Below, in pieces: positions 1-13,855 of a stretch of DNA of 64,000 bases (positions are counted from its first letter, which is position 1; each line of letters starts with the position of its first letter). The stretch is from positions 1,488,001 through 1,552,000 of the forward strand of contig JAWMAR010000247.1 in NCBI GenBank assembly GCA_036785375.1. Reading direction: 5' to 3'. Position numbers and translations under genes: made by a program. The stretch is from Leucoraja ocellata (taxonomy: Eukaryota). The notes beneath the pieces were generated by a model. It worked only from the letters and a program-made list of their open reading frames with translations, made no database searches and was not told the origin of the DNA.

Positions 1-784
1 GATTTCTCCGGTCCCTCCGTCCCCACTGTTTAATTATTCGGTATTTTATGATTATTCTGTATCTTCTCTCTTTCTATTTTTTTTAATTTTTATTTCTTTA
101 TGCACAACTACTACGGACTGACGCAAAACTGCATTTCGTTGTACTCATACTTGTATTTGTGCGATGACATTAAAGTTGAATTGAATCTGCTATTCACGCC
201 AAGAGTAAAAAATGTTTAATTGTCATATGTACTGCCATCGGAACAATGAAATTCTTACTTGCTACAGCTTAATAAGGTCATCATCATGGATGTTAGTCCA
301 TCTATGTCCATCTGTCCATCTCCTCCTTCACTTTAGACTGGAAGTATATTTTCTCTTTCTAATGGCCTTATGGCCTCTAATGGTCTGTATGTCCTTTTGG
401 ATCCTGTATTGTCAGACTTTAATGAACAAGATCTGGTTCTTACAGATTGTCGACCTGTTTCATCCAAGGCTTCTGGTTAGGAAAGATTTAGATGGTCGTG
501 GGAAGGCATTCCTCCACATATTTCCATATGAAGTTGGTAACAAGACATTGGTTAGATCTACACCAAACATTTCAACAGTTATTTTCTTGCCCAAATGTTC
601 TTTGTCAGTTCACATTCACTTTCAACTTTCCACTTGACAGGTGCACAAAACAGATAATTCAGAAGATTGTGTCATTGTAGAAAACACCTGGTCAAGTAAC
701 CTCATGTTCTGGTTTTGATTAGATGAGGAACATTAAACGGAATTTGTCATGAATTTGAACCAGGATTGGTCTTGCTTTTTTGCT

Positions 785-1060
785 TGGAGAGTCTGCATCC
801 TGGGGGCATGAACATTGAATTCTCCCAATTTTTTAGCCCTTGCTGTCTCCTCCCCTTCCTCAGCCCTCGGGCTGCCTCCTCCCATCCCTCAACCCTCGGG
901 CTCCTCCTCCTCCTTTTTCCTTTCTTCTCCCCGCCCCCCACCCCCCACCCCCCATCAGTCTGAAGAAGGGGTTCGGCCCGAAACATTGCCTATTTCCTTC
1001 GCACCATAGATGCTGCTGCACCCGCTGAGTTTCTCCAGCATTTTTGTGTACCTTTGGTCT
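785..1060 (+). mobile_element. Penelope 3' end + pLTR fragment
   Basis: Matches 60270-60520 (atgaacattga.ttctcc...tctgaagaaggg...catagatgctgc...gagtttctccagcatttt); degenerate hammerhead at 960-987. Confidence 0.8.
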
Positions 1061-3768
1061 TGCTTTTGTTGTTCTTTCCCTCCCTTTAACCTGCCCCAGG
1101 ATATTCAATCCATCTGGTTCTCTAATACCCATTGAGGTCGGAATCTGCCACTCTCACCATTATGTCTGATAACTCAATTCAAGGTCCAACAATGTGATTG
1201 ACTCAGCTCTGAAATGATCCAGCAGGCCAGAGTCAAGTAAAAATGAACAATACATTTCAGTGTGGCCAGTGAAGTTCCTGTGTCTTAAATAAATAAATAT
1301 TTGCAGTTTGGGAGAAATAACACTGAGAGTGAAGTGTTTAGTCATGATGTTATGCGAGGTACTAGGCTGGCTTAATGGGCCAGATTGATTTTTTTCCTGG
1401 CATTGATTTTACATGTTTGAATCATAAAGTTCCCCAAGGCATTGCACCTCTGCAAATTACTTTCCATATTAGCAATTGCACGTTAACTTCCACTTTTGCT
1501 GTCATCTTCACTCTTTCAATGCTTAGCTTTGTCTTTGTAGGGTTTGGTTGTTCTCTTCTATTTAAGCTGACATGATTTCCCATGCTTCATACCAAATTAG
1601 CCAAAGCTTTTTTCCGATACTTGCCCCATAGTGATCAGTGGTACACCTTATCTCATCAGTTGATTTTAGCTTTACTAAATCGCCCAGCCTTTAACCCTTT
1701 GTGCCACACCCTGCCTTCAGTAAGTACTGATGCACTAAGTCAGTTCATTCAGGAATCGTGGCATTCTTTGTTCTATGTTTCTATGTTTATACCCCTCATA
1801 TTCTACACTGCCCTTTTTCCTACCACTGTCCACATTTATTTCAGAGACATAATTCTGCATCTTACCTCCCCACCACCCTTCAAAATCAACACTGACACTT
1901 TCCATCTCTGTTTGTTGACCAGACTTTGCTTTTCCCTGTCAAAAAGCCCCTATCTCACTTTTCACCTTCTTCCACTTGCTGTAGCTTTGATCTTCATTTG
2001 TCTCCTCATGGACTCTCTATTCCCTCTCCTCAGGTCCACACATCCTGTTAATGCTGTAAATACGTTTGCCTTCATTGAGCACTGTGGACAGTGTTCCTGG
2101 TCTTGCTAAAATTCTCATGCACTGTATGCAGATGCTGGATTAAATTTTGCAAGTAATTAAACGAGAAAGTAAAGGCTTTCAAGTTTGCACGAGACAGGGT
2201 GGATCCAGGCATATCTTGATTTTCAATTATAAACATGAAAGTAGCTTGCAAAACATGATCACTATTGTGTAGACATATGATAAGTATACATATGGTTACC
2301 TAACCCTTTGGCAATATTGGTGCTGTGCTTGGCAACAATAGCATATTACCAATATTTTTATCAACTAGGATAAGGAAAATAAATGTCACTGCAAGAAATT
2401 ATTGCAGAGTTGACACCTGGAAATTACTTTGACAGTAATAGTGGGCAAACATTACTGAGTCCAGTGGAACCCCACTAGTAATAACCTTACAGTCATATAA
2501 AAACACCCAAGAACCATTATCTTGTCTTTTCTACTAAGCAAATGTTTGATCCAATATTACAGTCTCTCCTGGATGTCCTATAGAATATTACTCTTTGGAC
2601 CATTCTGCCATGTGGGATATTATGTAACATCTTGTTAAAATCCGTAGAGGTTACATCAAATTCACTGTTCACATAGATCCTCCGTTTTACCTCCACAAAG
2701 AATTTGATCAACTTAGTTGGAGATAATCTTCCCTGAATAAATCCATGCCAAAACTCCTGGGTTAATCTGTACCTTCCGCACTGAATGTCATATTTCTATT
2801 TAAGCCTTTTTTTTAATGAAGGCAGTTAATTTGTCCTAATGCTGAACTGTCGTTATTTCTCAACACACATATGACATGTTAACAGTGTGTACAGGCATCA
2901 AAGAAAACCAAGTAAAACAGTGACATTACAATTTCATTGGAGAATTGTGAGGAGGGTGGGGTAGCAATGTGATTCATCTCTATTGTTTTTAGGATGAAAT
3001 ATTACTCCATTCAGTTAAAATATAACCAGGGAAACAGCATTTTTGCCTTGCAGCATTCAGTAGGACTCAGCAGTGGCAGGCGATACATTTAATGAGCAGG
3101 GATGTATCAACTCGACCAGAGTATGTAGACCTCAATTAACCCAGAGGACACAACTTAATTAAAGAAATGCTTAGAAGGGGAGATAGATGTTGGAGTTATC
3201 AACATAACTGTGTAGGTACATGCCAGAGATAAGCCTTATGTGGCACTTGAACACAGATCAAGGAACAGTATAGCACAAGAAAACAGGCCCTTCAGCCCTC
3301 ACTGTCTGTGCCGGACATGATGCCAAGACCAACTCTTATCTGCCTGCATATAATCCATGTCCTTCCATTCCCTCCATATTCATAGGAATATCCAATCAAC
3401 TCCAAAATGCCACTATTGTTTCTGCCTCAACCACCACCCCAGCAGCACCTTCCAGCCACTCACCACCTAGAGGTGGTGATTGCTTGGAAAAAACTTGCCC
3501 TATGCATGTCCTTTAAACTTTGCCCCTCTTACCATAAAGCTATGCCCTCTTAAGTGTTCGATTTTTCCATCCTCTTCACTCATGCAAGTGATTTGGTCTC
3601 CTACTAATTGTTCAGCTCCAACACGAGGACACAGCTAACAAAATATCAGTGTGTCTCAGCTAATGATACACAACTTATGCCATCAGGAACACCTGCAATT
3701 ATATAATTGTCTGGCATGGACAATGGCACCAACTTCACTCAAACTTTACTGAGAATAATTGACAGTAC

Positions 3769-3930
3769 CTGAATTGCTGTTTGGAATTTTTCACAGAAGC
3801 TTTTGAGAACAATGCAGTATTCTTCCACCTTAAACTTTTCATCTTCACAGAAATATTCTACCAAAGAGTTTCTCAACTTCTGGAACAATTTCATTTTTTC
3901 CCATATTACTTTCAGTTCTTTCTTTGCAGT
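3769..3930 (-). CDS. FHDC1: FHDC1-like coding exon 10 (162 bp); gene continues beyond the left edge
   Basis: tttacag|TAKKELKVIWEKMKLFQKLRNSLVEYFCEDEKFKVEEYCIVLKSFCEKFQTAIQ|gtactg; YFCED...F..FC.KF end of FH2; no long terminal-exon ORF seen in 1..3768. Confidence 0.92.
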
Positions 3931-4797
3931 CTGTAAATGAAAGGAAAACAAATGCTTACAAAAATGTCATCTGAAGCAACAGATTTATTTTTTCAATTCT
4001 TACATTTAGCTCAATGCATTTTAACTTGAAGAATGGATTTTCACAATCGCTTTTGAGAAAAATCCATCCAGCATACAGAGACTGAGAGAATAAATATCAT
4101 GCTGAAATGTAATTGTTATTAAACGTAGAAGCACTGAGGATTGTAAGATAATTGAATCACATCTGAGTTCCATTCTAACTCCAACTACTGAGATTGTTTT
4201 TTTTGCAGGGAAACTTTAAATATGAATTGTCCCAACTTTAAGAGAACTAGTGACAGCATTGACAGGATTATCTGAATCAAACAGAGACAGCAATTTGTGG
4301 AGTCAACTAGATATATAATTTAAGATATGGTTATTTTCTAAAGGTATCTATTTTTGTTGTATAACATTGGTTAATCATATACATATTAGTCCCTCTGAGT
4401 ACTAATCAACTTTGGTTGCACTTATTCCAAGCTTGCCATACTGTCGAGCTGAATTACACTTGCTGACAAAACTGAAAACGACCCGTCTTTTAAATGGCTT
4501 ATGTTGAAGATGAAAGACAGCTAGGAACCTACATAAATGATATGTTACATCATACAATTATTCCTTTTATTCCAAAAATAAAAATTACTATCAAGCATGA
4601 CATTGCTTTAATCAAACTGTGAATATCTTGCTTATTTTTGGTTGTCTGAAACTAAGGAAACTTTCAGGCACAGAGTAAAGACAGACGTTCTGGCCTGGTA
4701 AGAGGCATTACAGAGTCGATCTGTCAAAGATAGGTTTAGGTTTATTATTGCTCCGACTATATTCTATCTCCATCCCGCCCACTCCCCTGACATTAGT

Positions 4798-4825
4798 CTG
4801 AAGAAGGGTCTTGACCCGAAACGTC
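4798..4825 (+). ncRNA. Minimal hammerhead motif (solo pLTR fragment)
   Basis: CTGAAGAAGGGTCTTGACCCGAAACGTC. Confidence 0.7.
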
Positions 4826-4968
4826 ACCCATTCCTTTTTACTCCAGCATTTTGTGTCTATCATCGATGCCATGGTTTCTATGGTGCATCCGTCGAAGTTT
4901 GTAAGAGCCATCAGAGTCTTGTTGACTTTCCTCAGTCTCCTAAGGAAGCAGAGGCATTGGTGTGCCTT

Positions 4969-6340
4969 ACATAGAAACATAGAAAATAGGTGCAGGAGGA
5001 GGCCATTCAGCCCTTCGAGCCAGCAGCGCCATTCATTGTGATCATGGCTGATTGTCCCCTATCAATAACCCGTGCCTGCCTTCTCCTCATATCCCTTGAC
5101 TCCACTGGCCCCTAGAGCTCTATCTAACTCTCTCTTAAATCCATCCAGTGATTTGGCCTCCACTGCCCTCTGTGGCAGGGAATTCCATAAATTCACAACT
5201 CTCTGGGTGAAAAAGTTTTTTCTCACTTCAGTCTTAAATGACCTCCCCTTTATACTAAGACTGTGGCCCCTGGTTCTGGACTCACCCAACATTGGGAACA
5301 TTTTTCCTGCATCTAGCTTGTCCAGTCCTTTTGTAATTTTATATGTTTCTATAAGATTGCCCCTCATCCTTCTAAACTCAATTGAATACAAGCCTAGTCT
5401 TTTCAATCTTTCCTCATATGACAGCCCCGCCATCCCAGGGATCAATCTCGTGAACCTACGCTGCACTGCCTCAATCTCAAGGATGTCCTTCCTCAAATTA
5501 GGAGATAAAAACTGTACACAATACTCCAGATGTGGTCTCACCATAGCCCTATACAACTGCAGAAGAACCTCTTTACTCCTATACTGAAATCCTCTTGTTG
5601 TGAAGGCCAACATTCCATTAGCTTTCTTCACTGCCTGCTGTACCTGTATGCCAACTTTCAGTGACCGGTGTACAAGGATGCCCAGGTCTCGCTGCACCTC
5701 CCCCTTACCTAACCTAACCCCATTGAGATAATAATCTGCCCCCTTGTTTTTGCTGCCGAAGTGGATAACCTCACATTTATCTACATTATACTGCATCTGC
5801 CACGCATCTGCCCACTCACTCAACCTGTCCAGATCACCCTGCAACCTCCTAACATCCTCTTCACAGTTCACACTGCCACCCAGCTTTGTGTCATCCACAA
5901 ACCTGCTAGTGTTGCTCCTAATTCCCTCATCCAAATCATTAATATATATGGTAAACAGTTGAGGCCCCAACACTGAGCCTTGTGGCACTCCACTCGCCAC
6001 TGCCTGCCATTCTGAAAATGACCCGTTCACTCCTACTCTTTGCTTCCTGTCTGCCAACCAATTTTCTATCCATGTTAACACCCTACCCCCAATACCATGT
6101 GCTCTAATTTTAGTCACCAGTCTCCCGTGTGGGACCTTATCAAAGGCTTTCTGAAAGTCTAGATACACTACATCCACTGGCTCCCCTTCATCCATTTTAC
6201 TTGTCACATCCTCAAAAAATTCCAGAAGATTAGTCAAGCATGATTTTCCTTTCATAAATCCATGTTGACTTGGACTAATCCTTTTACTGCTATTCATATG
6301 CCCCATTATTACCTCTTTAATAATTGACTACAGCATCTTT
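4969..6340 (-). mobile_element. CR1 LINE, 5'-truncated, open RT C-terminal ORF (5062..6306, 414 aa)
   Basis: QHGFMKGKSCLTNL, YLDFQKAFDKVPH, GVPQGSVLGP, FVDDTKL, RPHLEYCVQF; (CTATGTTT)n 3' tail. Confidence 0.97.
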
Positions 6341-7893
6341 CTAGGCTTCTAGCCTTCTAGGCTATTGCATCAATGTGCTCAGTTATACAGAATGGTCAAG
6401 AACAGATACATTATTTTGGGATGTATTATTTTATGTTAACTTGTGGATGTGCAGTAAAATGAAATGCCTTGGACAGGTGAACACATAATGAACTTCCAGA
6501 TGAAATAATATAATTATTTAACAACTAGATGTCGCAGCAGAAGAACTCTTGGTTTGATCTGCAAGATGACCAGATGCACATATTTTAAAAGTATAGTGAT
6601 TGAAGCAATCCACAAACATAGGTTTGTTCTAAAGTTTGACAGAATTCTTGAACGCACCATGCTCTTGTAGACTTTTACATGAGTGTATGAGGATAATGTC
6701 AGTATTCAATTCTTTGAGCTACGATCTGAAATTAGATCAAAGTTCTGTTTCTTAGAAAATCTTTCAAGTATACTTCTGAGGACGCTGACTGCAGAAGAGC
6801 ACATGGAACTTGCACTGTAGTGAACAATGTTAATTACTAACAAACAATTTCCCTTTGTTTTCCATGTCATCTCCCTTTGAGCACAAGCAGTAACTGTAGG
6901 AGCCATTAAGCTTAAGTCAGTATATTATATTTTTAGTTTTTATCTGTCTGTACTTTTGTAGGTGGGATTTGATACATAGAAGGGTTTGTGTACTTTGGAG
7001 AAGACTAGAGAAGACTCATGGAGTTGAGTTTTAGTTTGTCTCGAGGGATGTGAAGGCTAACAGTTGTTACCACGATCTCACGATCACACGAGACACCACA
7101 CTCATATAAGAAGTATGCCATGAATGGAACAACTATTGAGAAGGGAAAGTTATGAGATTTCTTTGTTACGTATTACTTCAATAAAGACCAATTAATCAAG
7201 AAGCAACGTCTGGAGAATTTATTTTTGCTATCATAAGAGTTCGGTGAGTGCGTAAACTATAGCTCCATCACATTGCTGAGAAGTAATGGCTATCGGAGTT
7301 GGACTATGAGAAGGTATAGAAACAGCCATTACAGTAACAATATAATCAAGATGTCCCAAATATCAAACAAATTGGAAAACACATTTTAAGGGCAATTATT
7401 AACACAATCATAGGAAATACACCCCAAATAAGGGTATCTGAACAACCTTATATTCTATGCAACTTTATTTATTTGTGACCACTGCCACGCTTATGTTAGA
7501 TGCAGCCAACCAGAGATAATATTTAAAACACAATCCCTCTGTCTATCTGTGTTTCTCTGTAATCAAAAAATACTTGTTGTCACAATAAGTACAGTGCCCT
7601 CCATAATGTTTGGGACAAAGACAGACCAATTATTTATTTGCCTCTGTACTCCACAATTTGAGCTTTGTAATAAAAAAAATCACGTTGTTAAAGTGCACAT
7701 TGTCAGATTTTATTAAAGGCAATTTTTATACAGTTTGATTTCACCATGTAGAAATTACAGCTGTGTTTATACTTAGTCCCCTCATTTCAGGGCACCATAA
7801 TGTTTTGGACACATGGCTTCACAGGCTTTTGTAATTGATCAGGTGTGTTTAATTGCCTCCTTTAGGCAGGTATAAGAGAGCTCTCAGCAGTAA

Positions 7894-8494
7894 AGGGCCC
7901 GTCCCACTTGGGCGTCATTTATGCGACAGTGACTGTTGCGTGACAATTGTCTCGCAGTACGACAATCGCGTGCCGTGCTCTTGAGGGCCCTGCTTCTTTT
8001 GGGAGTCATTTGCGATGTTGTTCGTACTTAGTCCGATTACCGTGGCAAGGATTTTCCCAGTGAAAAATGTTCAAAACTATGGGCACTTTATACCCGTGTG
8101 GTCATGTGGTGCGGTACTCAAATGATACGCAAATGGCACGACGACGGCGTATGAGCGGAGCATGGTTACGGACGTTGAAGCATTGTGACGCAAAAATAAA
8201 TTAGCATAGGCAATGTTCGCGTGTCACCGTGCGTAGCCATGTGTCACCACGCCCTACATGTATGCTGTCAGTACGTCAGCGTACACCATCAGTACATCAG
8301 CGTGCACAAGGGATACGTCACGCAAGTGGCGCGCGAGGATTTTGAGCATTACAAAAACCTGGGTTGCCGCGCGTGACCGCACGTCATTGCATACGCCACG
8401 ACGCCTCACCAGGCGCCATGTGCGCATCATGCTCGCGTCACGCCAACCAATTTTTAGGTTGTCCCGCAAATGACGCCCAAGTGGGACAGGCCCT
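7894..8494. mobile_element. Non-autonomous MITE (PIF/Harbinger-like) nested in the Tc1
   Basis: 27-bp TIRs AGGGCC(C/T)GTCCCACTTGGGCGTCATTT; CpG-rich non-coding interior. Confidence 0.85.
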
Positions 8495-8828
8495 CTAGTC
8501 TTTCCTCCAGTCTTTCCATCACGATTGGAAACATTTATTGCTGTTTATTAACATGAGGACCAAAGCTGTGCCAATGAAAGTCAAATAAGCCATTATAAGA
8601 CTGAGAAACAAGAATAAAACTGTTAGAGACATCAGCCAAAACTTACCAAAATCAACTGTTTGGAATATCATTAAGAAGAAAGAGAGCACTGGTGAGCTTA
8701 ATAATCACAAAGGGACTGGCAGGCCAAGGAAGATCTCCACAGCTGATGACAGAAGAATTCTCTCTATAAAAAAAGAAAAATCCCCCAAACACCTGTCGGA
8801 CAGATCAGAAACACTCTTCAAGAATCAG

Positions 8829-9494
8829 ATTATTATTATTTTGTGTCAGCACATAACTGTTTGCCAATAGCGAGCAAATCTTAGTGCCACGTCGTTGGCC
8901 TCTGCAAGGTCCTTTACAGTGCATGTGTCATGCAGCATGTCACAGCTCAGGAGATGTTCCATCGTCTGGGGGACCCGTCTGCACTCGCAGTCTGCCGCAT
9001 CTTCAGCATATCCCCACTTCAGCATCTTTGATTGGCTCCTTCCCATGCCTGTCCGTAGTCTGTTGATTACTGGAGATTACTCTAGTCACTCTTCCCAGAG
9101 TTTGAGCCTTCTGGAGGGTGCACTGCAGTCCAGGCGATGGACAGAAGAGAGGAACCTACTGCGTGATTTCAAACGCTGAGGTAGCAAAGGGTGGTGATGT
9201 AAGAGGTGTCTTTCATCCTCTGATTGTCTGAGGTGTTCTTTTTGACTAGCTACAGCTCTTCTGATTCCAGGGGGTGCAATGCCAGAGAGTAGGTAGATGT
9301 TGTCAGTCTTGTTAGGTTTCATGCATCTACTGATGCAGCGACAACTTGTGTTTAGTACAGGATCAATTTTCCTTGCATGAGCTGAGCGCTCCCATACTGC
9401 ACAGGCACACTCGGCAGTGGGGAAGCAGAGAGCCAGATCTGTTGATCGAATGGTTGTAGAATTTGCTTCCATTTTGAGGCAAGCAGCCTACTAA
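8829..9494 (-). mobile_element. Vingi/Ingi-type LINE 3' fragment nested in the Tc1 transposase
   Basis: LALCFPTAECACAVWERSAH...YLLSGIAPPGIRR (9086..9472); C-terminal CEC...QTMEHLLSC zinc knuckle; (TAA)n tail; clade call is from motif recall. Confidence 0.75.
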
Positions 9495-10956
9495 CAGGTG
9501 TGGATTTGTCAACGACCACTGTCCGCAGAAGACTTCATGAACAGAAATACAGAGGCTACACTGCAAGATGGAAACCACAGGTTAGCCGCAAAAATAAGAT
9601 GGCCAGGTTACAGTTTGCCATGAAGTACTTAAAAGAGCAACCACAGTTCTGGAAATAGGTCTTGTGGACAGATGAGATGAAGATTAACTTATATCAGAGT
9701 GATGGTGAGAGCAAAGTATGGAGGAGAGAAGGAACTGCCCAAGATCCAAAGCATACCACCTCATCTGTGAACCACGGTGGTGGGGGTGTTATGTCCTGGG
9801 CAGGTATGGCTGCTGAAGGTACTGGCTCACTTATCTTCATTGATGATACATCTGCTGATGGTTGTAGCATAATGAATTCTGAAGTGTATAGACACATCCT
9901 ATGTGCTCAAGTTCAAACAAATGCCTCAATACTCATTGGCTGGCAGTTCATTCTACGGAAAGACAATGATCCCAAACATACTGCTGAAGCAACAAAGTTT
10001 TCAAAGCTACAAAATGGTAAATTCTTGAGTGGCCAAGTCAATTACCCGATCTGAACCCAATTGAGCATGCCTTTTATATGCTGAAGAGAAAACTGAAGGG
10101 AACTAGCCCCCAAAACAAGCGTAAGCTAAAGATGGCGGCAACATAGGCCTGGCAGAGCATCACCAGAGAAGACACCGAACAACTGGTGATGTCCATGAAT
10201 CACAGACTTCAAGCAGTCATTGCATGCAAAGGATATGCAACAAAATACTAAACATGACTACTTTCATTCACATGACATCGCTGTGTCCCAAACATTATGG
10301 TGCCCTGAAATGGGGGGGGGGGGGGGGGGGCTGTGCATAAATACATCTGTAATTTCTACATGGTGAAACCAAAATGTATAAAAATACCCTTTACTAAAAT
10401 CTGATAATATGCACTTTAACCACATGTGATTTTTTTCTATTACATATCTCAAATTATGGAGTACAGAGGCAAATAAATAAATGATGGATCTTGGTCCCAA
10501 ACATTTTGATGGGCGCTGTATAATCCTGGTCAGAAATGGACCAGACCAGTAACCAAACTGTTGATTCTCAATAAGCTAAAAAGTTGTAAGACCATTAAAA
10601 ATTGATCTAACATCCTGATCTAACTGGTTTTAATACCAAAATTAAACTTGTAAACTTGGATCCATGAGAGACCCTAATGACAATTGTTTAACATTTCAAG
10701 TCAAGATGAAATTTAGCTTCAGCTCAAATATAAATGTTGCAACTCGTTGGAAGGAACAAACAAATAAAAACTTCACTTCCAAATTATGTGGTCATAATCT
10801 TTGTTATCCTGTACATTAACTGATACATTTAATATATTGTAAAGATTTATATCACTGTCCTGCTATTCCAACTTGTTACTTCAATTTCAATAAACTTAAC
10901 AGGAGTGGAAGGGAAGACTTCATTATTTACTTAATTTTGTGTTTAACCAGCTTTAC

Positions 10957-11074
10957 CTGCAGGAATGATGTTATCTGTGCTTCAAGCTCTGGATCTTCAT
11001 GCAAATTTGTCTGGAGAGAATCAAGTCTTTCCTCCAGTTTATTTAGCTCTTCTGCCAACCCATCTTCAGATAAC
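10957..11074 (-). CDS. FHDC1: FHDC1-like coding exon 9 (118 bp)
   Basis: tccaag|LSEDGLAEELNKLEERLDSLQTNLHEDPELEAQITSFLQ|gtaaag; phase 2 to 0. Confidence 0.9.
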
Positions 11075-11919
11075 CTTGGACACGGCAGAGTTTGAAGTTA
11101 ATAAATGTATTTTCCCAGATCTTCTCAATCCTAAACTTGTAATTTTGGAACGTCTGTGTAAATATATTAAGATTCGCTAAAATCTCATATAGTCTCTATC
11201 AGTCAAAGAAATTATTTAATGTTCACTCCATGTTATGCTCTTTATTAAATGTCTGTCAGGTTATCTCTCAAAATAGAAGCCACTAAATGCAGTTGGCTTT
11301 CAATGTTTGTTACTTATAACTATTAACTGTTGATCATGAGTTCAACGGACATCCATTGGACATCTCTTCAATGGACATCCAAAGAAATCTTGGATTAAAT
11401 TATCCTCTCTCCTCCCTTGTTCTATCAGTAGTCGAGTACTACTTGTTGTTTGAAATCATCAGTCATCATTCATGAATCTTAAGTTTATCACAAGATTTGG
11501 ACCAGTTGGGAAGGTGAGCCAAGGAATGGCAAATGGAAGTTAACTCTAATAAGAGTGAAATATTGTACTTGGGTTTGTCAAACCAGAGCAGAACTTACAC
11601 AGTAAATGGTAGGGCCACGGTGAGCATAGCAGAACATAAATATGTGGGAGTACAGATGCATCTTTCCCTAAAAGTGGAAAGTCAGGTAGACTGTATGGTG
11701 AAGAAGATATTTGGCATGCTTGGCCTCTTGTGAAGGCTATTGAGACCAAAGGTTGGGACATTACAGACAACTGCAACATTAGTGTAAAGCTTTACTTGTA
11801 AAGCAGCACAAATGTACAGCATGAATTTAACTATATTTGAATCAACGCAAGATGGATGACTTCTTCATGGAAAACAAGGATATTGAACATTTATGGTCCT
11901 AAAGTAAATGAGAAATAAT

Positions 11920-13645
11920 AAGACACAAAAAGCTGGAATAACTCAGCGGGACAGGCTGCATCCCTGGAGAGAAGGAATGGGTGATGTTTCGGGTTGAGAC
12001 CCTTCTTCAGACTGGATAAGGATCAGGAAAACGAGAGATATAGACGGTGACGTGTAGAGAAAAAAAACAACGAATGAAAGATATGCAAAAATGTAACGAT
12101 GATAAAGGAAACAGGCCATTATTAACTGTTTGTAGGTTGAAAATGAGAAGCCAGTGTGACTTGGGTGGGGGAGGGATAGAGAGAGGGAATGCTGGGGCAA
12201 CCTGAAGTGAGAGAAATCAAAAGTCATACCACTGGACTGTAAGCTGCCCAAGTGAAATATGAGATGCTTTTCCTCCAATTTGCGTTTAGCCTCACTCTGA
12301 CAATGGAGGAGACCTAGGACAGAATGGTCTGTGTAGGAATGGGAAGGAGAAATAAAGTGTCCAGCAACTTATCAGGTAGGTTCAGGCGGGCTGAGTGAAG
12401 GTGTCTGCGAACCGATCGCCCAGTCTGCGCTTGGTCTCCCCGATGTATGAGTCCACATCTTGAACAATGGATACAGTATATGAGGTTGGTGGAGGTGCAA
12501 GTGAACCTCTGCCTTAACCTAAAAGGACTGTCGCGGTCCCTGGACAGAGTGGAGGGAAGAGCTATAGCAACAGGTGTAACATCTTCTGCAGTTGCAGGGG
12601 AAGTTACCTGGGGAAGGGGTGGTTTGGGTTGGAAGGGATGAGTTAATCAAGGAGTTGCAGAGGGAATGGTTTCTGTGGAAGGCGGAAAGGAGTGGAGATG
12701 TGAAAATGTGGGTTGTGGTGGGATCCCGTTGGAGGTGGCATAAATTTCAGAGGATTATGTGTTGTATGCGATGGCTGATGAGGTTGAAGGTAAGGACGAG
12801 AGGGACCGAGGAGACAAGAGTGAGGGTCTCATCTATAACGGGAGAGAGGAACCCCAGATGCGGTGTAGACAGATAAATTGGGAGTAGGGGATTGAGTCTT
12901 TGCCGTAAGCAGGGTGGGAAGAAGTGTAGTCGAGATAGTTGTGGGAGTCAGTGGGTTTGTAATAGACATCAGTCAATAGTCTATTTCCCGTGATGGAGAC
13001 TGTGAGATCAAGAAAGGGGAGCGAGGTGTTGGAGATGGTCCAAGTAAATTTGAGTGCAGGATGAAAGTTGGTGGCGAAGATGATGAATTCCATGAGTTCT
13101 GCATGGGTGCAGCAGGTAGCACCGATGCAGTCATCAATGTAACAGAGATAGAGTTCCGGGATAGGGCCAGTGTATGCCTGGAACAGGGATTGTTCAACGT
13201 ACCCTACAAAGAGGCAGGCATAGCTGGGGCCCATGCGGGTGCACATAGCTACACCTTGGACTTGGAGGAAGTGGGAGGAGTCAAAGGAGAAGTTGTTGAG
13301 GGTGAGGACCAGCTTCGCTAGGCAGATTAGAGTGTGAGTAGAGGGAAATTGAATGGTTCTGTGGTTGAGGGAGAAAGAGGGCTTCAAGGCCTTCCTGGTG
13401 GTGGATAGATGTGTAGAGTGACTGAACATCCATAGTAAAGATGAGAGAGTGGGAGCTAGGAAAGCATGTCATTAAAGAGACGAAAGGCATGTGTGGTATC
13501 CTGGACTTATCCGGGAGATATTGGACCGGGGGATAGGATAGAGTTGAGATACATGGAAATCATTTCCGTGGAACAGGAGCAGGCAGAAACAATGGGTCTG
13601 CCAGAGCAGTTGTGATTGTGATTGTGGATTTTGGGGAGAAGGTAA
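11920..13645 (-). mobile_element. Penelope-like element fragment with 3' pLTR
   Basis: ORF 12833..13429 (MGPSYACLFVGYVEQ...YLCYIDD...YYKPTDSHNYL) is closely similar to the 59 kb copy. Confidence 0.92.
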
Positions 13646-13784
13646 GTAAGAGGAGATAATAAGATAAGTATTACACAAAGAAATGTTGGTGTGCAGTAGG
13701 TAAGTCAGATTTGTTGGGTTTCTGACTGCACAGTAATGGCGGTGCAATGTAAAGTCGGGCTGTTGGGAAGAAAATTCATCCTAC

Positions 13785-13855
13785 CTAGCAGCTTCACCAA
13801 TGTGTTCGAGTTTATCTGGAAAGGAGAGAAGGTTCTTGTCTTTTTTTCCTGCCTC
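13785..13855 (-). CDS. FHDC1: FHDC1-like coding exon 8 (71 bp)
   Basis: ttcaacag|EAGKKDKNLLSFPDKLEHIGEAA(R)|gtagga; phase 0 to 2. Confidence 0.92.

Larger units (their letters stand above)
7592..10518 (+). mobile_element. Tc1/mariner transposon, apparently full length but inactivated, with two nested insertions
   Basis: TA|CAGTGCCCTCCATAATGTTTGGGAC...GTCCCAAACATTTTGATGGGCGCTG|TA; long (~220 bp) TIRs; transposase WTDEMKINL, HGGGGVMSW, DNDPKHT with stops and frameshifts. Confidence 0.95.

Noticed and set aside
1582-2109. 175-aa hydrophobic ORF
   Set aside because: Pyrimidine-rich intronic sequence, no recognisable domain, antisense to the host gene.
5062-6306. Domesticated or active RT gene
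   Set aside because: 5'-truncated CR1 copy lacking the endonuclease; the open frame is explained by recent insertion.
10965-11180. Plus-strand ORF as a separate gene (also 13736..14008)
   Set aside because: These are antisense shadows of formin exons 9 and 8.
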